From: Saprospiraceae bacterium
GTDB lineage: Bacteria; Bacteroidota; Bacteroidia; Chitinophagales; Saprospiraceae
Direction of reading: 5' to 3'
NCBI GenBank assembly: GCA_031426435.1
Contig: JANPLH010000612.1
Span: forward strand, 4,022-68,021
DNA length: 64,000 nt
Shown here: in pieces, positions 17,687 through 26,850 of the stretch
How the letters are laid out: every line of letters begins with the position of its first letter
How positions within the stretch are numbered: position 1 is the stretch's first letter
Position numbers and translations under genes: made by a program
The notes under the pieces: generated by a model
Databases searched by the model: none
What the model was told of the DNA's origin: nothing
Seen by the model: the letters and a program-made list of their open reading frames with translations, nothing else

Positions 17687-18433
17687 ATGTCAATTAAAGC
17701 TGAACCTACCCTGCCCATACTCAAACCCGGCGAAATGCATTACCTCGATGGCCCGAAGAGCCGCCAGCGGGAGTTGGGCTTTGCGTTTAAAGTCTTTTGG
17801 GAATTCCTCAAAGGCTTTCGGGCGCTGCATTTCGTGGGGCCGTGCATCACGGTCTTTGGGTCCGCACGCTTCAAGGACGGGCATGAATACTACGAAAAAG
17901 CAGAGGAAGTCGGCAGGGCCATCGCTGCCATGGGCTTCACGACGATGACCGGCGGTGGCCCCGGCATCATGGAGGCGGCGAACAAAGGTGCCTTCGAAGC
18001 GGGCGGCAGGTCGGTGGGCTGTAACATCGTGCTGCCCTTTGAACAGCACCCGAATCCCTATATGCACAAATGGGTGAATATCCGCTACTTCTTCGTGCGC
18101 AAGGTGCTGCTGCTTAAATACTCCTACGCCTTCATCATACTGCCCGGCGGCTGGGGTACGATGGATGAACTTTTTGAAACGCTAACGCTGGTGCAAACCA
18201 AGGTCATGCACAACTTCCCAGTGGTATTGATTGGAAAAAACTACCACCAATTACTGATGGATTACCTGAATTTCATGGAAACGCAAAAGACCATTTCGCC
18301 CGAAGACCTCAAACTCGTGCTGCTCACCGATGACGTCGGCGAAGCCATGGAACACGTACAGCGTTACATTTCAGCAAATTTCAAAATCATGAAAAAGCGT
18401 AGGCCGTTTTGGATGCTTTTTGAAAAGGTTTGA
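17687..18433 (+). CDS. LOG family protein (TIGR00730; cytokinin riboside 5'-monophosphate phosphoribohydrolase-like)
   Basis: GGGPGIMEAANKGA and PGGWGTMDELFE motifs. Confidence 0.88.
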   Translation: MSIKAEPTLPILKPGEMHYLDGPKSRQRELGFAFKVFWEFLKGFRALHFVGPCITVFGSARFKDGHEYYEKAEEVGRAIAAMGFTTMTGGGPGIMEAANKGAFEAGGRSVGCNIVLPFEQHPNPYMHKWVNIRYFFVRKVLLLKYSYAFIILPGGWGTMDELFETLTLVQTKVMHNFPVVLIGKNYHQLLMDYLNFMETQKTISPEDLKLVLLTDDVGEAMEHVQRYISANFKIMKKRRPFWMLFEKV

Positions 18434-18535
18434 ACAGTGTGATTCCTAATTTTACCTTTGTCTTGAAAGGCATTCTGCCTTCACTCTGAACTCAATTATT
18501 TCGTCATTCCTGAAAGGGAAAAAACTTAACAATTT

Positions 18536-18970
18536 ATGCTGAACGGACTCATACATGCCCATTCCGGCCTACGCTGGGTAGTGCTGGTTTTACTCGTCGC
18601 CGCCACCTTCAAAGCACTGATGAAATGGCGATCCAACGTCTCCTATTCAGAGGGCGACCGCAAGCTCAACCTCTTTACCATGATTTCCATGCACGTGCAG
18701 CTGCTGCTTGGTTTGGCATTGATATTCATGAGCGACAAGGTGAATTTTTCGCAAATGAAAGACGCCATGTACCGCTTCTTCAGCGTCGAACACAGCGTGA
18801 TGATGCTACTCGCCATCGCCCTCGTGACCATCGGCCATTCAAAGGCGAAGAAGGCAACGGATGATGCCAAGAAGTTCAAGACGATTTTCACCTTTTACCT
18901 GATCGCCCTGCTGCTCGTGCTGGTGGCCATTCCATGGCCTTTCCGTGGTTGGGGCAATGGTTGGTTTTAA
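18536..18970 (+). CDS. Small integral membrane protein (four predicted TM helices), function unknown
   Basis: 144 aa. HAHSGLRWVVLVLLV... and further hydrophobic helices. Confidence 0.6.
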   Translation: MLNGLIHAHSGLRWVVLVLLVAATFKALMKWRSNVSYSEGDRKLNLFTMISMHVQLLLGLALIFMSDKVNFSQMKDAMYRFFSVEHSVMMLLAIALVTIGHSKAKKATDDAKKFKTIFTFYLIALLLVLVAIPWPFRGWGNGWF

Positions 18971-18972
18971 AG

Positions 18973-19038
18973 GGCTGTTGGCTGTTGGCTATTGGCCGTT
19001 GGCTGCCAATGGCCAGTGGCCAATAGCTAACAGCTAAC
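18973..19038. repeat. Imperfect palindrome of the GGCTGTTGGCTATTGGC word family
   Basis: GGCTGTTGGCTGTTGGCTATTGGCC...GGCCAATAGCTAACAGCTAAC. Related words recur at 24937-24970, 29683-29700 and 42468-42486. Confidence 0.8.
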
Positions 19039-19078
19039 TTAAATTAACCCTTTCCGTTAAAAATTCATTATGGTTCGG

Positions 19079-19116
19079 ATGCGCCAAAACTTCAGTGGTT
19101 TTGGCGCATTATTTTT
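19079..19116 (+). terminator. Intrinsic terminator
   Basis: ATGCGCCAAAAC-TTCAGTG-GTTTTGGCGCAT followed by TATTTTTG. Confidence 0.7.
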
Positions 19117-19148
19117 GCCTGTACAATTGAAAATCAAATCATTTTACA

Positions 19149-19610
19149 ATGAAAAAAATCGCCTTTTTCGCCCTGATGCTTTTTGCCGCAAGCACCGTTT
19201 TTGCGCAGCAAAGCCCTGTCAAATGGTCGTATGAAGCCAAAAAAGTGGCCGATGCCCCCAAAGGAGAAACTCAGTACGACCTCGTTTTCACCGCCCATAT
19301 CTCCGATGGCTGGTACGTTTATTCCCAATACCTCGAAAGCGACGACGGGCCTATCCGCACGTCATTTACTTACGAGGCCAATGCTTCCCTAAAAATGGAG
19401 GGCAAAAACCTGGAAGAAGGCCACAAGTACGAGGGCTACGATGACCTCTTCGGCATGAACATCATCAAGTTCAAAGGCAATACGACCTTCACGCAGCGGG
19501 TAAAAATCTCGGCACCTACCAAGCTAAAGGGCAGCTTGGAGTTCATGACCTGCGACAGCGAGCGCTGCCTCCCCCCCGTTGAAGTTCCTTTCTGGTTTGA
19601 CTTGAAGTGA
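19149..19610 (+). CDS. Stand-alone DsbD-alpha (N-terminal domain)-like periplasmic protein
   Basis: 153 aa with a signal peptide. DGWYVYSQYL and FMTCDSERCLPP (C-x4-C). It is clearly paralogous to the first domain of the downstream DsbD. Confidence 0.75.
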   Translation: MKKIAFFALMLFAASTVFAQQSPVKWSYEAKKVADAPKGETQYDLVFTAHISDGWYVYSQYLESDDGPIRTSFTYEANASLKMEGKNLEEGHKYEGYDDLFGMNIIKFKGNTTFTQRVKISAPTKLKGSLEFMTCDSERCLPPVEVPFWFDLK

Positions 19611-19616
19611 TAGCTT

Positions 19617-19703
19617 CACGGTTTCACTGTTTCATGGCTTTATGGCTCCATTGTTTTATTGGCTGTGCCCCTGACAATGAAGCCATGAAACAATGAAACC
19701 ATG
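19617..19703. repeat. Palindromic intergenic element (GTTTCATGG word family)
   Basis: The arms are CACGGTTTCACTGTTTCATGGCTT (19617-19640) and AAGCCATGAAACAATGAAACCATG (19680-19703), with 2 mismatches over 24 bp. Confidence 0.85.
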
Positions 19704-19775
19704 CATTACCTTTGCAAGCTTTTAAAAAACACCTACATAGCGGGCTGTCCCCGCTTTTATTTCAAAAAATTAGAC

Positions 19776-22316
19776 ATGAGAAGGTTCTGGACACTTTCGT
19801 TGCTATTGGCATTTTCTGCCTTGGCCTTCGGCCAAATACATAATCCCGTCAAATGGAGTTTTTCGTCAAAACAACTCAACGACACGGAGTTCAACCTCGT
19901 GTTCACCGCCGATATTGAAGACGGCTGGTACGTCTATTCGCAGTACCTCGAAGGTGACGACGGGCCAGTGAAAACGAGCTTCACCTATGAAAAGGGCAGC
20001 CATTTCTCGCTCGTGGGAAAGAACGCCGAAAGCTCCAGCCATCGCAAGGAGATGAACGATCCCTTGTTCGACAACATGAAGGTCATCAAGTTCTCGGAGA
20101 AGGTCAGTTTTACCCAAAAAGTAAAGGCCACAGACCTTACTAAGCCCATCAGCGGCTACCTGGAGTTCATGACCTGCAACAACGAGCGCTGCCTGCCGCC
20201 CACTGAAGTTGATTTTTCCTTTCAGTTAAAATCAAATACGAAACCTGCCGAGAACCCGACGGTTGCGCCAGCAACAGAAAAGGACAAGAATCCCACGCCG
20301 GCCATTGCTCCGCCAACCATCCAGCCATTGCCAGAATCAGCCATTTCTGGTGGAAATGGCATGGAAAACCCCGTTTCATGGACTGCCAACGTGCAGAAAA
20401 CTGGCGAAAACGAGTTTATCATCAACTTCAAGGCAACAGTGGAGAAAGGCTGGGCCATCTACTCCCTATTTGTAAAAGAGGGCGGGCCACTGCCTACGGA
20501 ACTGACATTTGCCACGGATGAAAACCTAAAAACCGTTGGCAAGCCAACAGAAACCAGCAGCCATAAAATCGAGGAGAAGGACCCCATATTTAAGATGAGG
20601 GTCACCAAGTTTAAGGAAGAAGTGACGTTCAGTCAAAGGATTTCGGCCAAAGACCCGTCCAAGCCGGTGGAGGGCATGATTTCTTACATGTCTTGCAACG
20701 ATGAGCGCTGCGTACCGCTTGATGTGTCTTTCCAACTTGATTTGGCTGGGCTAAATGTGAAAATTGGCAATGACATTGGAGGCACAGCCCCAGCCGCAGT
20801 GCTGACAACCGACTCCATTGTCTATCTCGGCGACTGCAAGTTCAGCCTTGACCGCTCGCAAGTGGCCGACTGCGGCGAGGAAAAAGAGGACAGGAGCGGT
20901 CTTTGGAAAATCTTCATCCTCGGTTTCCTTGGCGGCTTGGCGGCGCTGTTCACCCCCTGCGTGTTCCCGATGGTGCCGCTCACGGTCAGCTTTTTTACCA
21001 AAAGCAACCAATCGAAGAAAAAGGGCTTCCAGAACGCTGCACTATACGGCTTTTTCATCTTGGCGGTGTATGTGCTGTTCAGCCTACCCTTTCATGTGCT
21101 GGATTCCGTCAGCCCCGACATCCTGAGCGATTTCTCGACGAACCCGACCATCAACATCGTTTTCTTCCTGATTTTCCTTGTGTTCGCCATCTCGTTTTTT
21201 GGCTATTTTGAAATAACGCTGCCCGAATCCTGGTCGAACAGATCGGCCAATGCAGAGGGCGTGGGCGGCATCCTGGGCATCTTTTTCATGGCCCTTACGC
21301 TGGTGCTGGTGTCGTTCTCCTGCACAGGCCCCATCCTCGGTTCGCTGCTCGGCACCGTGCTCGACTCCGATGCTGGTGCGATGCAACTCACGGCTGGCAT
21401 GGCGGGCTTCGGAGTTGCTTTGGGCCTTCCCTTTGGCCTGTTCGCTGCCTTCCCCAACTGGCTCAAGGCGCTGCCAAAATCCGGTGGCTGGATGACCACT
21501 GTGAAGGTCGTGCTGGGCTTCCTCGAACTTGCCTTGGCGCTCAAGTTCCTCTCCAACGCTGACCTTGTGAAGCACTGGGGCATCCTGAAAATGGAGGTAT
21601 TCCTTGTCCTTTGGATTGTGATTTTCCTTGGCTTGGGCATTTATCTTTTGGGCAAAATCAGGTTCCCGCATGATACGCCTGTTTCGTTGAAGCAACTCTC
21701 GCCCGTGCGCTGGGTACTCGCCATCCTGTCGTTCCTGTTTGTTGGCTACCTGGCCACCGGCCTGCGTTATGATGAAAAGGAAGGCTCACTGCATACCCTG
21801 TCACTGCTCAGTGGCGTGGTGCCGCCCACTTGCTACAGCATCTGGTACCCCTGCGATTGCCCACAAAATGTGTATTGCTTCAAGGATTTCTGCGAGGGCC
21901 TCGAAGTGGCTCGCAAGGAGAACAAGCCCATCATGATTGACTTCACTGGCCATGCTTGTGCCAACTGCCGCCGCATGGAAGCGGAGGTTTGGCCACAAAA
22001 AGGCGTACATGAATACCTACGGGATTCGTTTGTGGTCATTTCATTGTATGTGGATGAAAAGATTGATTTGCCGGAGGCAGAACAAAAATCAATGCCCATG
22101 AAGAGCGGCGGTACCAAGCGCCTGCGCAACTTCGGCCACAAATGGGCTTATTTCCAAACGGAGAACTTCAACGACAACTCGCAGCCGCAATATGTGCTAC
22201 TTTCCAATGACGGCAAGCTGCTCAATAAGCCGGTTTCGGGTATGCAAAAAGTGGGTGATTATGAGGACTGGATTAAATGCGGTTATGAGCAGAATAAGAG
22301 ACTGAATGGGAAGTGA
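19776..22316 (+). CDS. dsbD: Thiol:disulfide interchange protein DsbD family: two alpha-like domains, a DsbD/CcdA transmembrane core and a C-terminal thioredoxin fold
   Basis: The start is at MRRFWTLSLLLAFSALAFG (ATG 19776). TCNNERCLPP and SCNDERCVPL mark the alpha-like domains, TPCVFPMVPL...SCTGPILG the membrane core, and GHACANCRRME the CxxC thioredoxin motif. Confidence 0.88.
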   Translation: MRRFWTLSLLLAFSALAFGQIHNPVKWSFSSKQLNDTEFNLVFTADIEDGWYVYSQYLEGDDGPVKTSFTYEKGSHFSLVGKNAESSSHRKEMNDPLFDNMKVIKFSEKVSFTQKVKATDLTKPISGYLEFMTCNNERCLPPTEVDFSFQLKSNTKPAENPTVAPATEKDKNPTPAIAPPTIQPLPESAISGGNGMENPVSWTANVQKTGENEFIINFKATVEKGWAIYSLFVKEGGPLPTELTFATDENLKTVGKPTETSSHKIEEKDPIFKMRVTKFKEEVTFSQRISAKDPSKPVEGMISYMSCNDERCVPLDVSFQLDLAGLNVKIGNDIGGTAPAAVLTTDSIVYLGDCKFSLDRSQVADCGEEKEDRSGLWKIFILGFLGGLAALFTPCVFPMVPLTVSFFTKSNQSKKKGFQNAALYGFFILAVYVLFSLPFHVLDSVSPDILSDFSTNPTINIVFFLIFLVFAISFFGYFEITLPESWSNRSANAEGVGGILGIFFMALTLVLVSFSCTGPILGSLLGTVLDSDAGAMQLTAGMAGFGVALGLPFGLFAAFPNWLKALPKSGGWMTTVKVVLGFLELALALKFLSNADLVKHWGILKMEVFLVLWIVIFLGLGIYLLGKIRFPHDTPVSLKQLSPVRWVLAILSFLFVGYLATGLRYDEKEGSLHTLSLLSGVVPPTCYSIWYPCDCPQNVYCFKDFCEGLEVARKENKPIMIDFTGHACANCRRMEAEVWPQKGVHEYLRDSFVVISLYVDEKIDLPEAEQKSMPMKSGGTKRLRNFGHKWAYFQTENFNDNSQPQYVLLSNDGKLLNKPVSGMQKVGDYEDWIKCGYEQNKRLNGK

Positions 22317-22342
22317 ATGAAGCCGATTTAAGGCAATTTATT

Positions 22343-22476
22343 TGATTTAAGATATAAGATTTAAGACGTAGGATTTAAGATTTATTGGCGATTTGGAAAA
22401 TGTCATATTTGAGGTTTCGAGCAGTCGCCCCCAATCTAAAATCTTATATCGTCTATCTTATATCTTAAATCAAAAC
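22343..22476. repeat. Palindromic element, GATATAAGAT / ATCTTATATC word family (copy 1 of 4)
   Basis: TGATTTAAGATATAAGATTTAAGACGTAGGATTTAAGAT...AAAATCTTATATCGTCTATCTTATATCTTAAATCAAAACA. Confidence 0.85.
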
Positions 22477-22507
22477 ACCAGTATTTGCAGGCGAAGCGAG
22501 CATTAAC

Positions 22508-23065
22508 CTACCCAAAATTTTTCAATAATTCCCATACAATTTCCCCCTCGAATCCCCTCGACATGGCATACTGTGCCAGCTTTCCTTTTCGGGCAAAATC
22601 GTTTTCTTCACCAATATGTGCGGCCCGTTTTTCCAATACTTCCCTCAATGTTTTAAGGTAGTCCTGCTCGCTGATTTCTTCCATCGCCTTGCGTATGCAG
22701 TAGTCGGAGATGTCCCGCAGCTTCAGTTCTTGTCGGATGCGGGTGCGGCCCCATTGCTTCATGCGAAACTTGCCCCGTGCGAAGGAACGGGAGAAGCGCT
22801 CCTCGTCCAAGAACTTTTCTTCAATAAGGCTGGCCATTACGTCCTCCAAGTCCTGGCCGTAACAGCACAATTCAATGAGTTTGCCGCGCACTTCTTGGTG
22901 GCAGCGGTCTTGGTAGGCGCAGTAGCGTTGCAGCTTGATTAGTGCCTCGGCCTTGGAGGTGTATTTTTTGGCGGGCTTCTTTTCCACTTTTTTAAAAACA
23001 GGTAGTTTCACCGCCAAAGATGGTGTTTTTTTTATTTCAACGGCAGCATTGAAGCGCAACCTCAT
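22508..23065 (-). CDS. recX: Regulatory protein RecX
   Basis: ALIKLQRYCAYQDRCHQEVRGKL... and repeated three-helix units. The ATG at 23065 is preferred over the track's TTG at 23143, but the start is uncertain. Confidence 0.75.
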   Translation of the reverse strand: MRLRFNAAVEIKKTPSLAVKLPVFKKVEKKPAKKYTSKAEALIKLQRYCAYQDRCHQEVRGKLIELCCYGQDLEDVMASLIEEKFLDEERFSRSFARGKFRMKQWGRTRIRQELKLRDISDYCIRKAMEEISEQDYLKTLREVLEKRAAHIGEENDFARKGKLAQYAMSRGFEGEIVWELLKNFG

Positions 23066-23142
23066 CCGACTTGGCGCAAATAAATTTTCATGTTCCAATG
23101 CAGCGTACCCTTGCGTAAACGCATTACTGAGACAATTAAACA

Positions 23143-24732
23143 ATGCCCAACACTATGACAACCCCAAATCTTGGCTCCCTTTCAGCGAAAACCCTCCTCT
23201 TGGTGCTATTGGCGGTATTGGTGCGCATGCCCGCCCTCATTTCTCCAAAAGCAATTGATGACGAACGAATCTACTCGGTGGTTGGGATTGAGATGCTCCA
23301 TGGCGAATTGATGTACCAAGATGCCATTGAGCGGAAGCCCCCCTTGCTTTTCTGGACTTATGAGGCCATTCTTGGTATCGGTGGCGACTACAATTGGCAT
23401 TTCCTGCACTTCGCTGGGCTGTTGTGGATTTTGCTAACCATGTGGGGCATTTACAAACTGGCCAAGCTGCTATTCGATAAAGACTCGGGCCTTGTAGCGG
23501 CGATGTTCTATGGCGTTTTTGTGGGCTGGGCCTTTTGGGGCAATCTGGCCATGAACGGTGAGGTGCTTATGAACCTGCCCATTGCCTGGGGCATCTATTT
23601 TGTGCTAAAAAACAGCCGTTCTTTCCGGGTATTGGAATTGTTTTTTGCAGGGGTGCTGCTTTGTTGCGCCTTCCTGCTAAAGCAGCCTGCCGCCATCATG
23701 GCAATACCCTTGGGGCTTTACCTTTTATCGCCCGGTTATCGGCACAAAATGCAGGCAATATGGCTGGTTTCTTTCCTCCATGCGGGTGTTCTGACCATTG
23801 GGTTCTTTAGTTGCTTGGCGGTGGTGGCAGCCATATTGCATGCGCAGGGCATCCTCGATGCAGCATTCTATTGGACGATAAGTGACCACGACATACCGCA
23901 TGGCTTGTTTGACCCTGTTTTTTGGACACGTGGCATCGGCATGACCTTCGCCTTTATCGGTTCCTGTGGGGTGCTGGTAGTGGGTACCGTCGCAGCCCTT
24001 AAAATGGGCAATAAAAAAGAATGGGGCCTCTGGGAAGGCAAACGCCCTGAATTTTGGGCCATGACGAACCTGCTTATTGCGGCGATTATTGGCCTATCGC
24101 AGGCGGGCAGGTTTTACCCCCATTATTATATCCAATTGGTGCCAATATTATGCATTTTAGCTGCACCAGTTTATAGTGCAATATGGACAAAAAGAAAGGA
24201 TTTTAATTTTTGGCTTTTTAAAGAAAGCATCAGTAAAATATGGCTGACCGCAACCATTGTCGCCTTTTTAATTGTACATTCAATTGGATTAATAAACCAT
24301 TGGGCGAATTCAGAAACTGGGGATTATCTGTTGGCGAATTCACGGCCCGATTATGAGGTATTTATTTGGGGACAAAGCTCCAACCTTTACATAGATGCTC
24401 AACGCCGGGCAGCAACCCGCTATGTGGCTACATTTCCATTGACAGGGTATATATTTGGAAGCCCCCTGAGCTGGGATACCAGCTACGATACCTCGCACAG
24501 AATTTTACCGGGTGCTTGGGAAAACCTTAAACTCGATTTTATTAAAAAAATGCCGGAATACATCATTGACAACGATGCAGCGAGGGCGGTACCACGCTAC
24601 CCCATTGCGCAGTTCCCATATTTTGATGCTATTGTCACTAATTGCTATGAGCAAGAAATAAAGACAAAAGACGGCGTAATCTATAAAAGAAAAAGCGGTG
24701 ATTGCCCGCAATTAAATCATCCAGTGCGATGA
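23143..24732 (+). CDS. Glycosyltransferase family 39 (ArnT/PMT_2-like) integral membrane protein
   Basis: 529 aa and polytopic. DDERIYSVVGIEMLHGELMYQDAIERKPPLLFW is the DE-x...KPPL signature region. Confidence 0.8.
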   Translation: MPNTMTTPNLGSLSAKTLLLVLLAVLVRMPALISPKAIDDERIYSVVGIEMLHGELMYQDAIERKPPLLFWTYEAILGIGGDYNWHFLHFAGLLWILLTMWGIYKLAKLLFDKDSGLVAAMFYGVFVGWAFWGNLAMNGEVLMNLPIAWGIYFVLKNSRSFRVLELFFAGVLLCCAFLLKQPAAIMAIPLGLYLLSPGYRHKMQAIWLVSFLHAGVLTIGFFSCLAVVAAILHAQGILDAAFYWTISDHDIPHGLFDPVFWTRGIGMTFAFIGSCGVLVVGTVAALKMGNKKEWGLWEGKRPEFWAMTNLLIAAIIGLSQAGRFYPHYYIQLVPILCILAAPVYSAIWTKRKDFNFWLFKESISKIWLTATIVAFLIVHSIGLINHWANSETGDYLLANSRPDYEVFIWGQSSNLYIDAQRRAATRYVATFPLTGYIFGSPLSWDTSYDTSHRILPGAWENLKLDFIKKMPEYIIDNDAARAVPRYPIAQFPYFDAIVTNCYEQEIKTKDGVIYKRKSGDCPQLNHPVR

Positions 24733-24812
24733 CTTTTATTATACTGCGCACTAATAGATTTTGTGTAAAATTGCTATTGGCCCAATGTCATCAACTTAGC
24801 GAGATATGTTTG

Positions 24813-24905
24813 TTTGATGGGACACAGATTTGAAAGATTTAACGGATTAACACAGATTAAATCAGTGAAAATCAGTTAAATTTTTCAAATCTGCGTCCCA
24901 TCAAA
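24813..24905. repeat. Palindromic intergenic element (arms 23 bp, 1 mismatch)
   Basis: TTTGATGGGACACAGATTTGAAA ... TTTCAAATCTGCGTCCCATCAAA. Weaker outer arms lie at about 24790-24806 and 24912-24928. Confidence 0.85.
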
Positions 24906-24936
24906 TCTTGCTCAATCTTAAGTTGACGCTATTAGA

Positions 24937-24970
24937 CCGTTGGCCAATAGCCAACAGCCAATAGCCAAGG
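24937..24970. repeat. GGCTGTTGGCTATTGGC-family word repeat (single arm)
   Basis: CCGTTGGCCAATAGCCAACAGCCAATAGCCAAGG. Confidence 0.7.
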
Positions 24971-25013
24971 AACACCATATCTCGACCTTTAAGAATCTAT
25001 TATAAAATAAACA

Positions 25014-25421
25014 ATGGAATTCAATCAAATCAAAGCCACCGTACTGGCGCTTAAATTTATCAAATTTGGCATTGTTGGCTTCTCCGGCCTACTGGTGGAC
25101 TTTGGGTTGACCTGGATTTGCAAGGAGCAGCTAAAGCTCCAGAAATACCTGTCTAATAGCATTGGCTTCGTGGCGGCAGCCAGTAGCAACTACTATCTCA
25201 ACCGTATCTGGACGTTCGAGAGCCATAACCCGCAGGTCGTGGAACAGTACGCCAAGTTCCTGATGGTGTCCCTAATCGGCTTGGGCTTGAACAACTTGCT
25301 GATTTATATCCTACACGAGCAAAAAGGCTATAATTTCTATGGCTCGAAACTGGTGGCCATCGGTTTCGTGATGCTCTGGAATTTTACAGCAAACTACTTT
25401 TTCACCTTCTGGACAGCATAG
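25014..25421 (+). CDS. GtrA family membrane protein
   Basis: 135 aa with four TM helices. FIKFGIVGFSGLLVDFGLTW...YYLNRIWTF is the family pattern. Confidence 0.85.
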   Translation: MEFNQIKATVLALKFIKFGIVGFSGLLVDFGLTWICKEQLKLQKYLSNSIGFVAAASSNYYLNRIWTFESHNPQVVEQYAKFLMVSLIGLGLNNLLIYILHEQKGYNFYGSKLVAIGFVMLWNFTANYFFTFWTA

Positions 25422-25455
25422 GTGCTACCCCTCGCCAATAATATGCTGGCCTTTT

Positions 25456-26559
25456 TTACTCCAAAGGCAGCCTCGAGGCCGCCACCACATCCTCGATGGC
25501 GTGGACGACATTGGTGATTTCCCAGGCATCGGCAGAAGTGACGACGCCCCGGATGAGGTCCACGTACATGACGGGCAGGCCGTTGTTCACAAAATCATAG
25601 ATTTCCATTTCCACGAAGTCGCCATTGACCGTATTGCGCAAGCCGAACTTGCGGATGGTCAGCTCGCTGGGGCGGTTTTTGGAATACACAAAATCGTATT
25701 CAATCAATATTTGGTACCGTTGGAAGGGCTTCAAAAATACATAGCGGGCGCTCCTGTCAGGTTTGAAATCAATGGTAAGTGCACCATCTACCCCATTGCC
25801 CTGGCGCACCGCCCGGTGGTGTATTTGTTTGTTGGTACTGATGACCGAGTCGTGCTGTTCGGCGTTTTTGTTGCTGAACAAGAACAATTTTGAAAAGGCA
25901 TTGGACGCCACGGACTGCAAGCGGTGGCGCAGCGAAAGGTCGAGCCAGAAAAGGTCGTAGTCGGTATCGAACTGCGAATCGGCCCCGACGATGACGTTGA
26001 CGGAGTCCCGGTTGAACCATGACTTCATGGCCACCCTGCGCTGGTTGCGGGCGTGCAACTGCATCAGGTAGTCGTTCAAAGGCTGAAAAACGTTGCCGAT
26101 TTTTTGGGCGTTTGGCCCTTCAACGGTAAGCTGCAAAGTGTACTCGCCCTTTTCGTTGGCCACCAATTCGCCGGAGGCATGTGCCTCGTCGGTACTGTTG
26201 CGGTCTTGCCACCAGAGGTCGGCCCGGCACCTGGAATCGAAGTACATCAGCTCCAGCCGCCCGACGAACTGGCTATCGGGGATGATAAAGGTAGCCCTGG
26301 TGCTGCGGCCAATGTATTCATGCCAAACAACGAGGTCGGAGCCGCCCGTGACAAATAGCTCATCGGCGGTATTGGCGGTATCGAGGAAAAGCAGGGCTAT
26401 GCCGGAGAGGTAGGTATTGGTTCCTTGCCGCTCGGCCCTTACGGTCGGTTTGCCCGGGTTGTTGAGAAAAACGGGCACGGCCAGTTGTGGTTTGAAAGGG
26501 GACTGTGCAAACAAGGGCAGGGTCAGATAAAGGGCAGCAGCAATTATAAAATATTTCAT
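25456..26559 (-). CDS. Secreted hypothetical protein
   Basis: The ATG at 26559 gives the signal peptide MKYFIIAAALYLTLPLFAQ. No family was recognised. Confidence 0.6.
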   Translation of the reverse strand: MKYFIIAAALYLTLPLFAQSPFKPQLAVPVFLNNPGKPTVRAERQGTNTYLSGIALLFLDTANTADELFVTGGSDLVVWHEYIGRSTRATFIIPDSQFVGRLELMYFDSRCRADLWWQDRNSTDEAHASGELVANEKGEYTLQLTVEGPNAQKIGNVFQPLNDYLMQLHARNQRRVAMKSWFNRDSVNVIVGADSQFDTDYDLFWLDLSLRHRLQSVASNAFSKLFLFSNKNAEQHDSVISTNKQIHHRAVRQGNGVDGALTIDFKPDRSARYVFLKPFQRYQILIEYDFVYSKNRPSELTIRKFGLRNTVNGDFVEMEIYDFVNNGLPVMYVDLIRGVVTSADAWEITNVVHAIEDVVAASRLPLE

Positions 26560-26850
26560 TTTCGGGCTAAAGTGTTTTGGTAATCGGTTCAACATGGCCT
26601 TGGGGGCGGGGCGAATGTAAGGAAAGATGGAACAGTAGGGGTTTTGAAAATTGACAATCAGCAAATCTTAGATGGTTTCTCAAGATTTTCGGAAGCGCAT
26701 TTAAATTTTAAAAGGGGTTTAAACATTTGTTGAATTATCCAGTTTTACCGAAAATCACCTATTTCCCTGCCATTAAATTATCTTTTAACCATGAAATCTA
26801 ACCTGCGACAAACCTGCCGGTAGATTTTCCATTCAAACAGTATTATCCGT

